Of a stretch of 64,000 nt of DNA, positions 14,361 through 30,532 are shown in pieces. A program made the translations under genes and the position numbers. The notes under the pieces were generated by a model. That model ran no database searches. It was not told the DNA's origin and saw only the letters and a program-made list of their open reading frames with translations. The stretch is taken from NCBI GenBank assembly GCA_951406725.2, contig OX597815.1:54994001-55058000 (forward strand), read 5' to 3'. The stretch's first letter is position 1. Every line of letters begins with the position of its first letter. Source of the stretch: Octopus vulgaris (Eukaryota).

Positions 14361-16658
14361 TTAGTATTCCTGGCCCAGGGTGTTTAAACTTGGTCTAAAT
14401 TTTTTTATGAAATATAGTTCTTTATTTTGGCGTTGTGTGAAGGTTGCGTTGTCACTGAATTTATAGAGCGGGTTAGTTGTAAATTTCGGATTTACATTTC
14501 CAGCACATCTATCTATGTGTCCGCTGACCGGTATTTTGCGGTAATCAGGGTTTCTAATTTGTGATTTATGCACCGCCATCCTGTTACGTAAGCTATTTTT
14601 TGTATGGCCTATATACTGCCTATTGCAGCCTGCGCATGTTATGACGTAAATTAAGTTTTCTGATGCGCAGGTGAAGTTTGTTCTAATGGTGAACTGGTGG
14701 CCTTGTTCCAGTATAAATTCTGATCCTTCTTTCAAGATGACACAGATTCCGCAGTTGGGCCTTCCACATTTTCTAACTGCTGGTTTTGTGGTTGATGTTG
14801 AGTGCAGTGTAGCTTGGGTTAAAATCCTTTTCAAGGATTTTGGTTGCCGTTTACTTTTAATGATGGTGTGTGTTTCGAGGATCCGGTTCATCTTTGGGTC
14901 TCCCTTTAGTAGGGCTGTGCTTTGTAGTATGGTGTTGAAGGCCTCATTGTTGAGTGGGTTGTGTGTAGAGATGTAGGGAAGGGTTTTTAATTGTTCTTTC
15001 TTTTTTGGTTTTGTTTGTCTCAGGTCTTCTATACTTAATTTAAGTACCCGTTGGATTGCACTGTCTATTAGGGGCTGTGGATAGTTTCTATTTGTGAGTG
15101 TGGTTCTAAGTTCCTGGAGACGTGTGTGTCGGGTGTTTGTGTCTGATATTATGGTGCAAATCCTTCTAGCTAAACAAAAAGGGACATTCATTCTAGTGTG
15201 TCGTGGGTGGCATGAATCAAAGGGTAGGTACTGTTTAGAGTCTGTCGGTTTATAGTAGATATCTGTCTCTATTTTGTTGCCGGTTTTCTTAATGAGGATG
15301 TCTAAAAATGGTAATTCTTTTTCGTTGTGGTCCATCGTGAATTGTATATTGTCATTTATTCCATTTAATAGTATTTTAAATTCCTCAAGTTTCTCTATAC
15401 CTTTGTCCCAGATGATGAAACAGTCATCGAGGTATCTTTTCCAGTTGTTATGGATATAGGTGGCGAAGGTGTTTCCATATTTCTCGAGTGTTATCCGGTA
15501 TAGTATTTTCTCGAGGTATCCCATCACTAGGTTGGCAAAAGATGGTGCAGTACGCGTGCCCATCGCTGTTCCCGATCTTTGCCTGTAGAAATCATTGTCA
15601 AAAATAAAATAATTGTTCTCTAAAATGAATCTAAGTCCTTCTATTATAAGGTCTTTGTTTATGCGAGTTGGGAGTTCAAAGGGGTAGTTATTCAGCCAGA
15701 AGGTGATCGCTTCTATTCCTAGGTTGTGAGGGATGTTAGAATAAAGATTAACTACGTCGAATGATACTAGAAGGGTTTTCTCATTGACTGTTTTAGGGAG
15801 GTGGTTGAGCATATCTATATCGTCTCTTACGTAGCTTTTGATGTGTTTTAGGAAAGGTTTAAGAAGTGTGTCTAAGAAATTGCTGAGGCGGTGAGTTTCA
15901 CATGCTGGCCCTGCTATTATCGGTCTTAGTTTAAGATCATTTGGTGAAGGGATTTTGATGAGTGTGTCGGTGGATGTTTTGCACGTTTCTCTAATGGTTT
16001 GGCTTTTGTGTACCTTAGGGATACCATAGAACAAACTCGATTTGCATTTGAAGTTAGTGATGTATTCATACTCCTTGTTCGTGAGTCCTTCTTGGTATGT
16101 GTTGATTAATGTCCTAAGGTTATGCATTATTTTTTGCTGGTTATACTGTTGGGCCCTTTCATAATACGTTTCATCTCTTAATAGGGATAGCACTAAATTT
16201 TTATAATCGTTTGTATTCATTATTACTATCGCGTTGCCCTTATCTGCCTCCTTAATTGTTATTGTTTTGTCTTCTCTTAGTTTGATGAGGTCGTTCCATT
16301 CTCTTTTGTTGAAGTTAGGGCTGTGTTTTTGTTTCTTGATGAATTGAAACGGGAAATTAGTTATGTAGTCACAATAGCGGTCTAAGGCTTTATTCTTTCC
16401 CTTGGTGGGGGTGTAATTGCTCTTGTTTCTAGCTATTGAGTCCTCCTCTATTTGTTTGTCTTGAAATGCCTCGGTGAGTCTTAGTTTTCTGCAAAATTCC
16501 GAAATATCATCTTTCATTTCATAGTAATTAGAACGTTGTGGGGTAGGTGTAAATTTAAGTCCTTTGGAGAGTATGCTTATTTCGTTAGGTGTAAGTTCTT
16601 TGTTTGAGAGATTGATTATCTTAATTACCTGAGGTTTCTTTTGTTTGTCCTTTGCCAT
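14361..16658 (-). CDS. Penelope RT + GIY-YIG endonuclease (765 aa, uninterrupted)
   Basis: KEADKG, LRPII, SFDVVNLY, GTAMGT, RYLDD, and C-terminal CxxxxCxxC...NLIYVITC...YIGHT...R...H...E. Confidence 0.93.
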   Translation of the reverse strand: MAKDKQKKPQVIKIINLSNKELTPNEISILSKGLKFTPTPQRSNYYEMKDDISEFCRKLRLTEAFQDKQIEEDSIARNKSNYTPTKGKNKALDRYCDYITNFPFQFIKKQKHSPNFNKREWNDLIKLREDKTITIKEADKGNAIVIMNTNDYKNLVLSLLRDETYYERAQQYNQQKIMHNLRTLINTYQEGLTNKEYEYITNFKCKSSLFYGIPKVHKSQTIRETCKTSTDTLIKIPSPNDLKLRPIIAGPACETHRLSNFLDTLLKPFLKHIKSYVRDDIDMLNHLPKTVNEKTLLVSFDVVNLYSNIPHNLGIEAITFWLNNYPFELPTRINKDLIIEGLRFILENNYFIFDNDFYRQRSGTAMGTRTAPSFANLVMGYLEKILYRITLEKYGNTFATYIHNNWKRYLDDCFIIWDKGIEKLEEFKILLNGINDNIQFTMDHNEKELPFLDILIKKTGNKIETDIYYKPTDSKQYLPFDSCHPRHTRMNVPFCLARRICTIISDTNTRHTRLQELRTTLTNRNYPQPLIDSAIQRVLKLSIEDLRQTKPKKKEQLKTLPYISTHNPLNNEAFNTILQSTALLKGDPKMNRILETHTIIKSKRQPKSLKRILTQATLHSTSTTKPAVRKCGRPNCGICVILKEGSEFILEQGHQFTIRTNFTCASENLIYVITCAGCNRQYIGHTKNSLRNRMAVHKSQIRNPDYRKIPVSGHIDRCAGNVNPKFTTNPLYKFSDNATFTQRQNKELYFIKKFRPSLNTLGQEY

Positions 16659-17372
16659 CGTGTGTCCCTGTTCCTGTGTGTAAGGTCTAAAAAATGGTTG
16701 GTGTAGTTATGTTCAAAGCTATTATTTATCTGTCTCATGTTGTTATAATTGTCAGAGTGAGTTTGTGGTGCTCTGTTCTGGAGTCTGTTGTTGAACCTAG
16801 TGTTCCGTCTTAGTTCATCAGGTATATTGTGTTGGTAGTTGTTTCCTCCGTAGTGCATTTGTTGTTTGTTATGGTTGTATGGTTGGTTCCTGGGGTGGAT
16901 GTTTGGTAGTAGCGTTTTGGTTTGGTTATGTGGGTTGTATTTTATAGTATTGTATGTTGTGGCTCTTAGGTTCGTGGAATGGTGTGGTGGGACCCTATAA
17001 GTGTTTTGGGGTTGGTGTAGGTAGTGTGGGGTGCGTTTTAAATGCATTTTTCTGGTGTAGAGTGTGTTTGGATTTCTTGGTGGTTGTTCTGCTCTGTTGG
17101 TATGTCTATTTTCGAACTGGTGTGGTGGGCCTCTGTAGGTGTTTTGGGGTTGGTGTAGGTAGTATGGGGTGTGTTTTAGGTGTACTTTTCTGGTGTAGAG
17201 TGTGGTAGGATTTCTTGGTGGTTGTTCCGTTCTGTTGGTATTTGGTTTTGATTTACTTAATTTTATGAAGGGGTTGTTGGATATGTGTTCATTTTTGAAG
17301 TTGGTTTCATAATCTAGAAACCAGATGGCGCTCTTTTCCCATCGTTGGAGGGACTTAATATATATATATATA

Positions 17373-17839
<467 letters not shown>

Positions 17840-18268
17840 CAAGAAAATCATCCGAACGTGGCCGTAGCCAGTACCGCATAGACTGGCCTCCGTGCTTTGG
17901 GGACGTAACAAACACCATCCGATCGTGGCCGTCCGCCAGCCTCATCTGGCACCTGTGTCGGTGGCACATAAAACACCATCCGAGCGTGGCCGTCTGCCAG
18001 CCTCGTCTGGCACCTGTGTCGGTGGCACATAAAAACACCATCCGAACGTGGCCGTTCGCCAGCCTCGTCTGGCACCTGTGTCGGTGGCACATAAAATCAC
18101 CCACTACACTCTCGGAGTGGTTGGCGTTAGGAAGGGCATCCAGCTGTAGAAACACTGCCAGATCTGACTGGCCTGGTGCAGCCTTCGGGCTCCCCAGACC
18201 CCAGTTGAACCGTCCAACCCATGCTAGCATGGAAAACGGACGCTAAATGATGATGATGATGATGATGA
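17840..18268 (+). mobile_element. SINE-like element with three ~59-bp internal tandem repeats and (TGA)n tail
   Basis: Repeat unit aaacaccatccgagcgtggccgtctgccagcctcgtctggcacctgtgtcggtggcacata. Near-identical inverted copy at 33098-33410. Confidence 0.75.
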
Positions 18269-18280
18269 TATATATACATA

Positions 18281-20394
<2,114 letters not shown>

Positions 20395-20410
20395 TGTATG
20401 TGTGTGTTTG

Positions 20411-20550
20411 TTCCCCCAACATCGCTTGACAACCGATGCTGGTGTGTTTACATCCCTGTAACTTAGTGTAATAAGTCCTGGGGTTGATTTGCTCGACTAA
20501 AGGTAGTGCTTCAGCATGGCCACAGTTACATGACTGAAACAAGTAAAAGA
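20411..20550 (+). mobile_element. 3' part of SINE (tail cagcatggccacagt..tgactgaaacaagtaaaag)
   Basis: The same tail is inverted at 20783-20835 and 30664-30715, with a fragment at 29652-29688. Confidence 0.75.
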
Positions 20551-20984
20551 GTATATTTTAAATAACAGTTTGATTTGATTTTTTTTTTTCTCAGGATCTA
20601 CTCTTAATCAATCAGTTGTAAATAAATATGAGTAGAAAGCACTGAAAAGAATTAGAAAATATTCTTTTCCAGCTTTTCCATAGTTGGCACTTTGATGTTA
20701 AGTATTTCATTTCACAGCAACATGGTTCTGTGTTCACTTTATGTTGCTATAAACAAAATATATGTGATGTTTTTATTTATTCTTTTACTTGTTTCAGTCA
20801 TTTGATTGTGGCCATGCTACAGCACCACCTTTAGTCAAACAAACTAACTCCAGGACTTATTCTTTGTAAGACTATTATTTATTCTAGCGGTATCTTTTGC
20901 CGAACTGCTAAGTTATGGGTACATAAACACACCAACATCAGTTGTCAAGTGATGGTGCGGAGACAAACACAGACACATACAAAT

Positions 20985-21027
<43 letters not shown>

Positions 21028-21228
21028 ACAGGCTTCTTTCAGTTTCCACCTCCCAAATTCACTCACAAGGTTTTGATCGGCCCAAGGCTATAGTAGAAGA
21101 AACTTTAGGAGTCGAAGAGAACCAGAAAACCACTGTAAAATCTTGGTAGAAATCAAGACTTTGTATGTGTATACAGAAATATTTGTAAAATCGTTATTGT
21201 GATGTTACTATATATATATTATTTATAG

Positions 21229-21345
21229 GTTCTGTTTATTTGTACTGCTAATGTGACTGAAACCATTCCTGAACCTTTAAGAGACCGTATGGAAATGATT
21301 GATGTATCAGGTTATGTAGCGGAGGAGAAAATGAATATTGCAACG
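21229..21345 (+). CDS. LONP1: LONP1 exon ([39 protein letters not shown]; sensor-1 and Arg finger)
   Basis: tag/gtgag boundaries, 117 nt in frame. Confidence 0.96.
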
Positions 21346-22305
21346 GTGAGTAACTTGTAACTTGCTAATTTATCTTGATGATTACTACAAAATTGTATAA
21401 TTATCTAATGATTAGACTTTGACTAACTACTTGTAACTTCCAAGTTTGTAGCATGTAGCCTATTAATTCCTTTTAACAAAAAAATCTAAAGCTGCCATAT
21501 ATGGTATCACTTTGTGAGTGTACATTGGACTTCTGTCATATGTTTAGAGTAGATAACTATATGAACTGTCTGGCCTGTTTTGACATGGCATATGCAGTTA
21601 GAGTAGGATTCCAGTTATATTTTAAAATGTTTTTTTGAAAAATAAGAAAAACATACCACATCTCATGGAACATTGCGTAGTATATTATGACATATTGAAA
21701 CATACTCTATTGTACCCTCACCAGCATATGCTGGTATGAAATTAAACTTACATGAAGCACCAAAAGGTTAAATGAAAAACAATATTAGTCAATGACTAAT
21801 ATTTAAAAATCTTTTCCTGCCAAGTATAGATTTTATTGTACTTGATAAAGTAGTGATAAGCAAATCACTAAGTAAATAGACAAGATTACATACTGATTGG
21901 AGAAGGAAGATAAAATTGTTTGGTGAATAGATAAATCAAAATGTCATCATGTTAGTGTTCACATATTTAATGTATGGTGCTTTTAAAAGCTAACTAGAAA
22001 TAATAAGTGGTGAAGAAACAACATTAATGCTCAATATCTTAATTCTGTTTCAGTCTTATTCTCACCCCACCCCACCCCATCAATGAAGCATAGACTTCAT
22101 CATACTTGCCAAAGTAGTGAAAATATTCCAGACTACATATATTTATAATTCTTCTTTTTTTAGTATCATATATTGTTTTCTTGGATGTAAATCCTGGATA
22201 GAGCTGTCTTCTTTTTTCTCTTATTTTTTTTTTAGTCTCTCAACCTTATTCATGATTTCTGAAGTTTGAGGAGGGGAACTTGTGTCAGTTGATGAAAGGT
22301 TAGAG

Positions 22306-22491
22306 CAGTGATTCCCAGCATGTGATCTGTGGACCCCTGGTGGTCTGCAAAGGTAGTACTGAGGGTCCATAAGCTAAATTTAAAATTTCATATATATATA
22401 TATATAAGGATAAGCATATTAAAAGGGGTCTGTGGGAAAACTCATTTGAATAAAAGGGTTGGGAATGCTGTGAAAAGGTTGAGAACCACTG
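22306..22491. mobile_element. hAT-type MITE
   Basis: TIRs CAGTGATTCCCA / TTGAGAACCACTG; 8-bp TSD ggttagag / agttagag (7/8 match). Confidence 0.7.
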
Positions 22492-23350
22492 AGTTAGAGC
22501 ATGACAGAGAAATAGAGAGGCAGAAACAGGTGTCTTGCTATAGAGGAGGTACGTGATTACCCATCGAGAAAGAGAGGGAGAGGAACAGAGAGTAAGTGAG
22601 AGGAACAGAGTGGAAGTAAGAGAGAGGTACAAGAAAGAGGACAGAAACAGGTGTACTGATGTAAAGGAGATACTTGGTTACCTAGTCAGAGGGAAAAAGC
22701 AAGAAAAGGAGAGAGAGAGTGCATGTGATCAAGAATGAGGGTAGAAACAAGTGTACTGTTGTTGAGGAGATACATGGCTACCCAGCCAGAGGGAAGAGCA
22801 AGGAAAGGAGAGAGAATGGGAAACAACAAAAGTGCAAGAGAGAGATGGTGAAGTGCCAGGGTATACTCACAAGTAAAAAGAATTAGTGAATACATGTGAT
22901 GGTAGAGTAAGGAAGAGAGAGTTACAGAGATCATAATATATGCAGTCAAGTATTTCCAAGAAGGTGCAACAAGGGAGTGAGTTTTGTAGTGGCTGGCGAA
23001 AACCTGGGTATAAAAATGGGGTGGGGGAAAGCAGCAATACAGTAAACAGGGAAATGAGGGCAGGGAAGGTGAGTGGGAGACAATCATAATTTATGAAGAG
23101 AAAATGTGAGGAAGAGAAAGACGCAGTTTAGAAGAGATGTAGTTCAGTTACGTGGGGCAGGGTGCATGTCTGCAGTGGGCTCATAAACATCAGAACTGGT
23201 GATATCAGCAGTGGAGGACAGTAGTCTTCTCTGACAAAAGTTGATATTGCATTTCTGTGGCAGATGGTAGAGCTAGGGTTTAGAAAAGAAGGGGTGAATG
23301 TCATGCCAATGGCTATGAGGTGGAGAGAGGCTTATGGGGAGAACAGAGTA

Positions 23351-25370
23351 TCATCGTTGTTACATGTGGGTTGGATACAACATTTCTAACACTCGGTTTC
23401 GCTGATGTGGGTGGGACTTCTCAAGAACCTCATATCACCAAACATCTTGGTCCATTGTCATTTCCTTTGTAAGCTCCAACATCCTAAGATCAGTCCTCAC
23501 CATTTCATCCAATGTCTTCCTGGGTCTCCCTCTTCCACAGGTACCATCCACTTTCAGTGACAGACACTTCTCTATACAGCTGTCTTCACACATACACATC
23601 ACATGTCCAAACCAATGCATTCTCCTCTCTTGTATGCCACATTTAATCCCTCTTATGCCTAACTTTTCTCTCAACACAGTTGTGCTTTGTCAGTCATGCA
23701 CACTCATGTTGCAAATTCAACAGCACGTACTACCTTCATTCCTCTCCAGTCTATGCATGTCCTCTGTAGTCATAGTTCATGTCTCACTACCATCTAATAT
23801 AGCCATTCTCATACATGCATCATACAATCTGCCTTTCACTCTGAGAGAGAGTCCTTTTGATTCCAGGTTTTGCTTCCAAACCCAGAACTTCTCCAATTCT
23901 GCTTTAGATTCTGCAATAAGAGCGAGATCATCAGCATATTGCATTTCCCATGGGCATCCAGTTTTGAATTCGTCTGTTATGGCCTGGGGAACCATGATGA
24001 ATAAGAGTGGACTGAGAACTGATCCCTGGTGAACTCCAACTTGTATGCTAAATTCATCTCTGTATTCAAAGCTGACTTTCACCTTACTGACAGTGTTGCT
24101 GTACATGGCTTGTATGGCTCTAACAAGCCACTTCTCTACTCCTAGCTTCCTTAAAGATCACCTGATAAGAGACCAGGGTACTTCATCAAAAGCTTTCTCC
24201 AGGTCAACGAAGGTTAAGTACAATGGTTTACTTATGGACAAATACTTTTCTTGAAACTGTCTCATCATGAAGATGCCATCCATGGTACATCTCCCAGGAA
24301 GAAAACCAAGCTGCATCTCATCTAGTTTAATTTTATTCATAATCAGTTGAGATATAACTCTCTCTGTAATTTTCAGGACCTGGTCCATCAGCTTGATACC
24401 TCTAGTTCTTTCTAAGGTATCACCTTTACTTTGTAGTTGCAAACTATAAATACTACTACACTAGTTTTTAGGGATGATGCCTTCCTGAATAACCTGATTA
24501 ACTATGCAAGTGACTATGCTATTTCCCACACTGCCTGACATTTTAATCATCTTGGTAGTGATACCCAATGTTTCAGGGGCTTTCCCAGCCTTCATATCCT
24601 TAATTGCCTTATCTGTTATACTGCTGTCAACTCTGAAAGCTGGTCCCTCAATTGGTTCAATATTTGAAAGTCTCACCTTCAACTCAATTATTTTCCACAT
24701 TTAATAACATTTCATAATGGCATCTCTATGCATCTTTTTGCTCTGAGTCACTAAATGCAAGCATACCATTATCCATTCGCACACATTTTTCACCTACCTC
24801 ATCTCTATTCTCACTGATACACTGCTTTGCAATACTGAACACCTCCTACCTCTGAACGTCATGCTGTGGAACATTGGCAAACTTCTTACCTTCTGCTATG
24901 TAAACGTGTCACCTAGCCTCTCTTCTTGCTCCTTGATATAATGCTCTGCTTCCACTGTTTTTCCAGTCTTTCCAGACCTGTCTCTTTGCTTTTATAGCAC
25001 TGTCCACCTCCTTGTTCCACAACGAAATCACCCTCAACCAAGTTAGGACTTTGCACCAACCACAGATTTGGTCAGCGGCACCCAATAGACTGTCCCACAG
25101 GAGCTTCCAGGTGTCCTCTAAGTTCTATGTCCCCTCCTCCTCCTCTCTATCATCATAGGCTTCCAGTAGAATGTCTCTAAATTTTTGTTGGTTTGCTGGG
25201 TCTTTGAGCTTCTATAATCTTTGTTTCCAGCATGGTTCATTTCTTTGGGTCTCTCTAGCCCTAATTCTGAAGTCGCAAACTAGTAGCCTATATTAGGGTG
25301 TATACTCTTCATCTGGGAAAGACTTCACATTTGTGAGCATCAGCCTATCTTGTTGCCTGATGAGGAACAT
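23351..25370 (-). mobile_element. Degenerate RTE-clade LINE
   Basis: Fragments RGIKLM, FVDLEKAFD, GVHQGSVLSPLLF, YADD, WFGHV and GRGRPRKT across frameshifts. Confidence 0.88.
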
Positions 25371-25433
25371 ATATATATAAGGAAAATACGACAAGGTAGA
25401 AAATGCTAAAATAATTTTATCATGGAAAACATT

Positions 25434-25472
25434 TTAGTACTGGTTTCAGTCTCTGCGACTTTTTCGACTTAG
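25434..25472 (-). ncRNA. Decayed hammerhead-like motif in a ~100-bp insert after (TA)n
   Basis: Minus strand: UCGAAAA-AGUC gcaga GACU-GAA-ACCAGU-A. One core change, one break in the palindrome, and a weak helix I. Confidence 0.4.
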
Positions 25473-26269
25473 AGTAAAGAATTACTCTGTTCTCCCCAAA
25501 AGCCTCTCTCCACCTCATAGCCATTCACCCCTTCTTCTCCAAACCCTAGCTCTACCATCTGCCACAGAAATGCAATATCAACTTTTGTCAGAGAAGACTA
25601 CTGTCCTCCACTGCTGATATCACCAGTTCTGACGTTTATGAGCCCACTGCAGACATGCCCGTTGATGACAATCTGTGAGGATGGGGTTCCTAGCTGGACA
25701 TCGACAAGGTAGATTGAAAGATCTCAGCCAGTTATGAACTGTCTCTGTACAAATAGGTCTGTGGTGAGTCCCTATGATCTACCTAGCTGATTTCTTTGCC
25801 CTCCAGAATTGGACCTGCAAGTGCTGTCAGTGCAGGTGGCAATCTTGATGTGCCATTATAATCCTCAGTCAGCAACTGCATGGACGATCATCCATGCTGT
25901 TTGTGGAATTGTATCATTCCCTCAGCCACTTAGTTGTCCAAATACTGCAGTTCAAGTCATTAGCAATGACCCATGGATGTTGACCAGCATAGAGACATCC
26001 GATGGCTTGCTCCCTCTTATTTCATATCAGTCTTGGCATGCTTGCTGCGTTCGGGAAACAAATGACAGGCTGGTAAATTCGGGTGCCTTTTATGCTCAAT
26101 GAGTCAACAGTTTATTGTGATGATGGTAGTATTAGTAAGTGGTATTGTTTATATTAATTTATATCAGGAGGATTGATAAAATTGGTAGTGTGCTAACAAA
26201 TTGTCTTACTATGTTTAATTTACATTTTTCATTAAAATCACACAGGTTTCAGTGCTTAATGTAAGGAAA

Positions 26270-27950
26270 TAAAATATGAAATTGTAAAAATGCACGATGG
26301 CTGTACAACTAGGATAAACATTTGTAACAAATTTTCACTTAACTCGTCAACTATTTGCACAATTTTCAAAGAAAAACAAAAATATCTATCTCAAGTGAGA
26401 AATGCACAGCCTTTGCAGTCAACCTGGGCTCATAAATGAGATGTTGGAAGCATTATTCCAGAAATGGAAAAACTTTTAAATACATGGATAAGTGATAAAA
26501 CACAGTGCTTGTATATGAATGTTAATCAAATGTCAATTTGTAGCAAGCATTGTCTATTTCCAGTCTGCTTAAAGAAATGAAAGGTAACACAAACAAAATT
26601 TTTGTTTCAAACAGAAGATGGTTTGATTAATTTTAAAATCGACATGGATGGCATTCTGTCAAAGTGCAAGGAAAAGTTTCAAGCACTGATGTTGATGCAG
26701 CAGAAAAATTTTCAGAAACATTAGCAGAAATAATTGAAGAAGGGGGCTACATGTCAAAACTGATTTTTAATGTCAATGAAACAAGACTTTTCTGGAAACA
26801 TATGCCATCCAGAATTTACATTGCTAAGGAAGAGTCTGTGCTGCTTGGTTGATCTTTTGCAACTTTAAAGTTGCAAAAGATCAACTGACAGTGTTATTTG
26901 AAGGAAATGCATCTGGGGATTTAAAATGAAAACCAATGCTAGTTTATCAAGCGGAAAATCCTAGGGCACTTAAAGACATCTTAAAAAGTACCCTTCCGAT
27001 CATAATGGAAATCTAATAAAAATGCTTGGGTTGTGGCAACATTATTTGAAGAATGGTTTTCATATCACTTTGTGTTGGAAGTTAGGAAATATTGTGATAA
27101 GAACAAACTTCCACTTCATATAATATTGACAAGGTACCTAGCCACCCTCCAATTCTGCAACATCTCCATCCTAATGTCAAAGTTATTTTTTTGCCTCTGA
27201 ATACGACATCACTTTTAATGATTTATTGCAACTTTTAAAGCCCATTATTTACACTCCATATTTGCAATGATGAATGAAGTGATAGAGAAGTGATAGAGAA
27301 GGGGGACCAACAGTAATGGAATTCTGGAAAAATCCCATTTATACCGCAGTAAAAATCATGAGAAAAGCGTGGGATAATATCACTCAAAAGAATATGAAGG
27401 GCATTTGGAAAAAACTTTGCCTTCAATTTCTTAATGATTTTGAGGGTTTTAAATCACTATGAGAAAATGTACAAAAAGAAACAGAAGAAATTGTAAACCT
27501 GGCAAATGAATTGAATCTCAATGTGTTGGCAAGTGATGTAGATGAGCTGCTTCAATCAAATAGTGACAAATTCACCAACGAAGAGCTTATTGCAATGCAA
27601 AAGCAGGCAACAATAGAAGAGGAAAAGTACACTCGATGAAACATCAGTTAATGCATTCACATTTAGGTAAAGCTTTGGAAATTTTTCAAGTACAAGATCC
27701 AAATTTCGAACAAAGTACAAAAGTTTCTGCTACCATAACAAATACTCCTGAGAGATTTATAGAGTGAAAAAAAGCTTCTTCAAAGCAAGCAACTCTAGAC
27801 TTGTTTTCAAAAAGAAATCTACAAGTCTGTCAATGAGTGCTAGTGAATCAGCGATTGTGTTTACAAATGATGGTGTGTGTGAGTCTAGTGCAAGTGAAAG
27901 TGATTCAGAAAACAATTATAATAATAATGTTTTTTATCATAAATGATCTT
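26270..27950 (+). mobile_element. Degenerate pogo/Tigger DNA transposon
   Basis: CENP-B-like HTH remnant, FNVNETRLFWKHMPSRIYIAKEE motif, DDE remnants with many stops. Confidence 0.82.
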
Positions 27951-28280
27951 GACATTCTTTTTACTTCACATAAAATATTCTTTACATTCTACTGTTGTTT
28001 TATTACCATTTATTTATGTGTATTATAAATTTTATAGGTAAAATATATCTTTCTGGGAATGAATTACAATTTATAACATTACTATTATGGGAAATTATTG
28101 CTCTGCTTAATGAATGATCTCTAGGAGCAAATTAACTTGTATATGGAAGCTTCTTTAGCCTTTCAAACTCCAAAATTGTTTATAACTTCTATTGTTTACA
28201 TCATTTGTAATAAATTTTATTCCTTTTTCTAAGTAACACAGCTTTTAAAAGATCAGTATAAATTTTTGTAAATTTTTCAG

Positions 28281-28421
28281 TCCTACCTTGTACCTCAAGC
28301 TCAAGTTAATTCAGGTGTTGACCATGACACTGTTAAAATCGGTGATAGTGCTATGAGATTGCTTATTAAATCTTATTGCCGTGAAAGCGGAGTGAGAAAT
28401 CTACAGAAACAAATTGAAAAG
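28281..28421 (+). CDS. LONP1: LONP1 exon (SYLVPQAQ...YCRESGVRNLQKQIEK; sensor-2 lid)
   Basis: cag/gttag boundaries, 141 nt, RESGVRNL motif. Confidence 0.95.
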
Positions 28422-29685
28422 GTTAGTATTATTATCACTTATTCATATTGTTCATTAAAGATAATGACTAGAATTCAAGGAGATGATCTGAAAGAGAAAG
28501 AAGAAATTCAGTAAAAAGCTAAACGTGAGATATAGTGCTATGTGGTGCTTTTGCCAATTTTCAGTGGTTTATGTTTAAGTCTTTACTTCCTAAAGATATC
28601 AAAAACATGGTGATGGTTCCTGTTGAACATTTACCTAGATGTTTCTTCCCCACTTTCCAAACCAGGATTTTTCCAGCAAATCTTATACTTAGAGTAATGC
28701 AAATGGTAACTGTGCACCTTCCTTTGTATAACCCTAAATTTAACTATTTAATCCTTTGGGCCTGTTAGGAATAAAAGTATTGACTTTTTTTTTTTTTTTT
28801 TTTGCTTTTCTTTATAATAATGTATGTGATGTGCAGCATAGAATGAAACAGCTGATTTTTCTCATAAAAATAACTCAGCCTTTACTTTTGATCAGATGGG
28901 ATTTTGATTTTTGCTAATTTTTCTCATAAAAATAACTCATCTTTTACTTTTGACTAGATGAGATTTTGATTTTTGTTTGTTTTTATTCATCTGGATTTTA
29001 CAATTTGATAGTGTGTAAGCTGCTATTTGCTTGATGGTATTTGTGTTATCACATTTTTTTAAAAATGAAAATTGATGTGTGTGTGTGTGTGTGTAGTATG
29101 CAGGTATGGCAGTGTGTTTAAGAAGTTGTAATTTGGGGTTTGTTCCCACTGTTTGTTATTGAGATGTAAACCAACTGGATTCACTTGTGAAGTGCACTTC
29201 CATCCGAGGATTTGCTTTGGTTAGTTTGGCAATATAATAGAAGATACTAGCCCTAAGTTCATTCTGTGGGGCAAAACCCAAAACCTGGTGGCTGGGAAGC
29301 AAACTTCTCAACTACACAGCCATGTCTCTTTGGTAACCTAAAAGATATAAGCTTGTTCTATTTAGTGCAAATTAACTTGTCTGATGTGTCCATGGCTGGT
29401 GTTTTTAGAATTAATCCATAAGCAAAAGAAAGGATTTTTTCATAGCATTTTACTTAATACTTTTATCCAATCTACTTGAGTTATCTGATCAAGCCACATA
29501 ACCATATCAGTTTATTTGCCTTAATTTGTTTCACTTATAAAACAGTTTTTACTTCTACTTCACTGTTGCATTGTTTGTGGTAGAAAGACCATCAAACAGT
29601 AAAAACAACTACTCCACCAAAATCTATCACAGCCATGGGAGAATATATATATGGCCACAGTCAAATGACTGAAACAAGTAAAAGA

Positions 29686-30033
<348 letters not shown>

Positions 30034-30366
30034 TAGCTCCAAGAATTTGTCTTAAAGATAGTAAGTTGGCACTCAAGCCAGACCAAGAATAACCACATTT
30101 TTATACCATTTAACATCCATATTCTAGCATAGTTAGTTTCTATTCTTGCTTCTTCAAATTCATAAATTTTGTCTTTTGAAGCAATCTCTTTAACTTTTAT
30201 GGTTCTTTTCCATCAACTGCTGCAACCCTTTTGACTCTCTTCTCCCTCCCTCATATCTGTATTTTGAGACACAGATATTGACTGATAATTGTATATTGTA
30301 CAGTATTTTGTTGCTGTTTTATATTTTCATAGTTTCTTTTTTCTTTTCTATTATAAAAAACAATAG

Positions 30367-30532
30367 GTTTATCGGAAAGCTGCATTTAGAATTGTGAAGG
30401 AAGGGATCAGCAACATTCTTGTAACCCCTGACAATCTGCAAGAATTTGTGGGCAAACCACTTTTCACTACAGATAAGATGTATGAACAGACACCACCTGG
30501 AGTTGTAATGGGCCTTGCTTGGACAGCAATGG
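30367..30532 (+). CDS. LONP1: LONP1 exon ([10 protein letters not shown]...[15 protein letters not shown]; start of protease domain)
   Basis: tag/gtatg boundaries, 166 nt, [11 protein letters not shown] motif. Confidence 0.95.

Larger units (their letters stand above)
13388..17310 (-). mobile_element. Penelope-like retroelement 1
   Basis: Contains the intact ORF 14361-16658, a ~970-nt 3' region, and ~138-bp duplicated units upstream (16979-17240). Confidence 0.9.
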
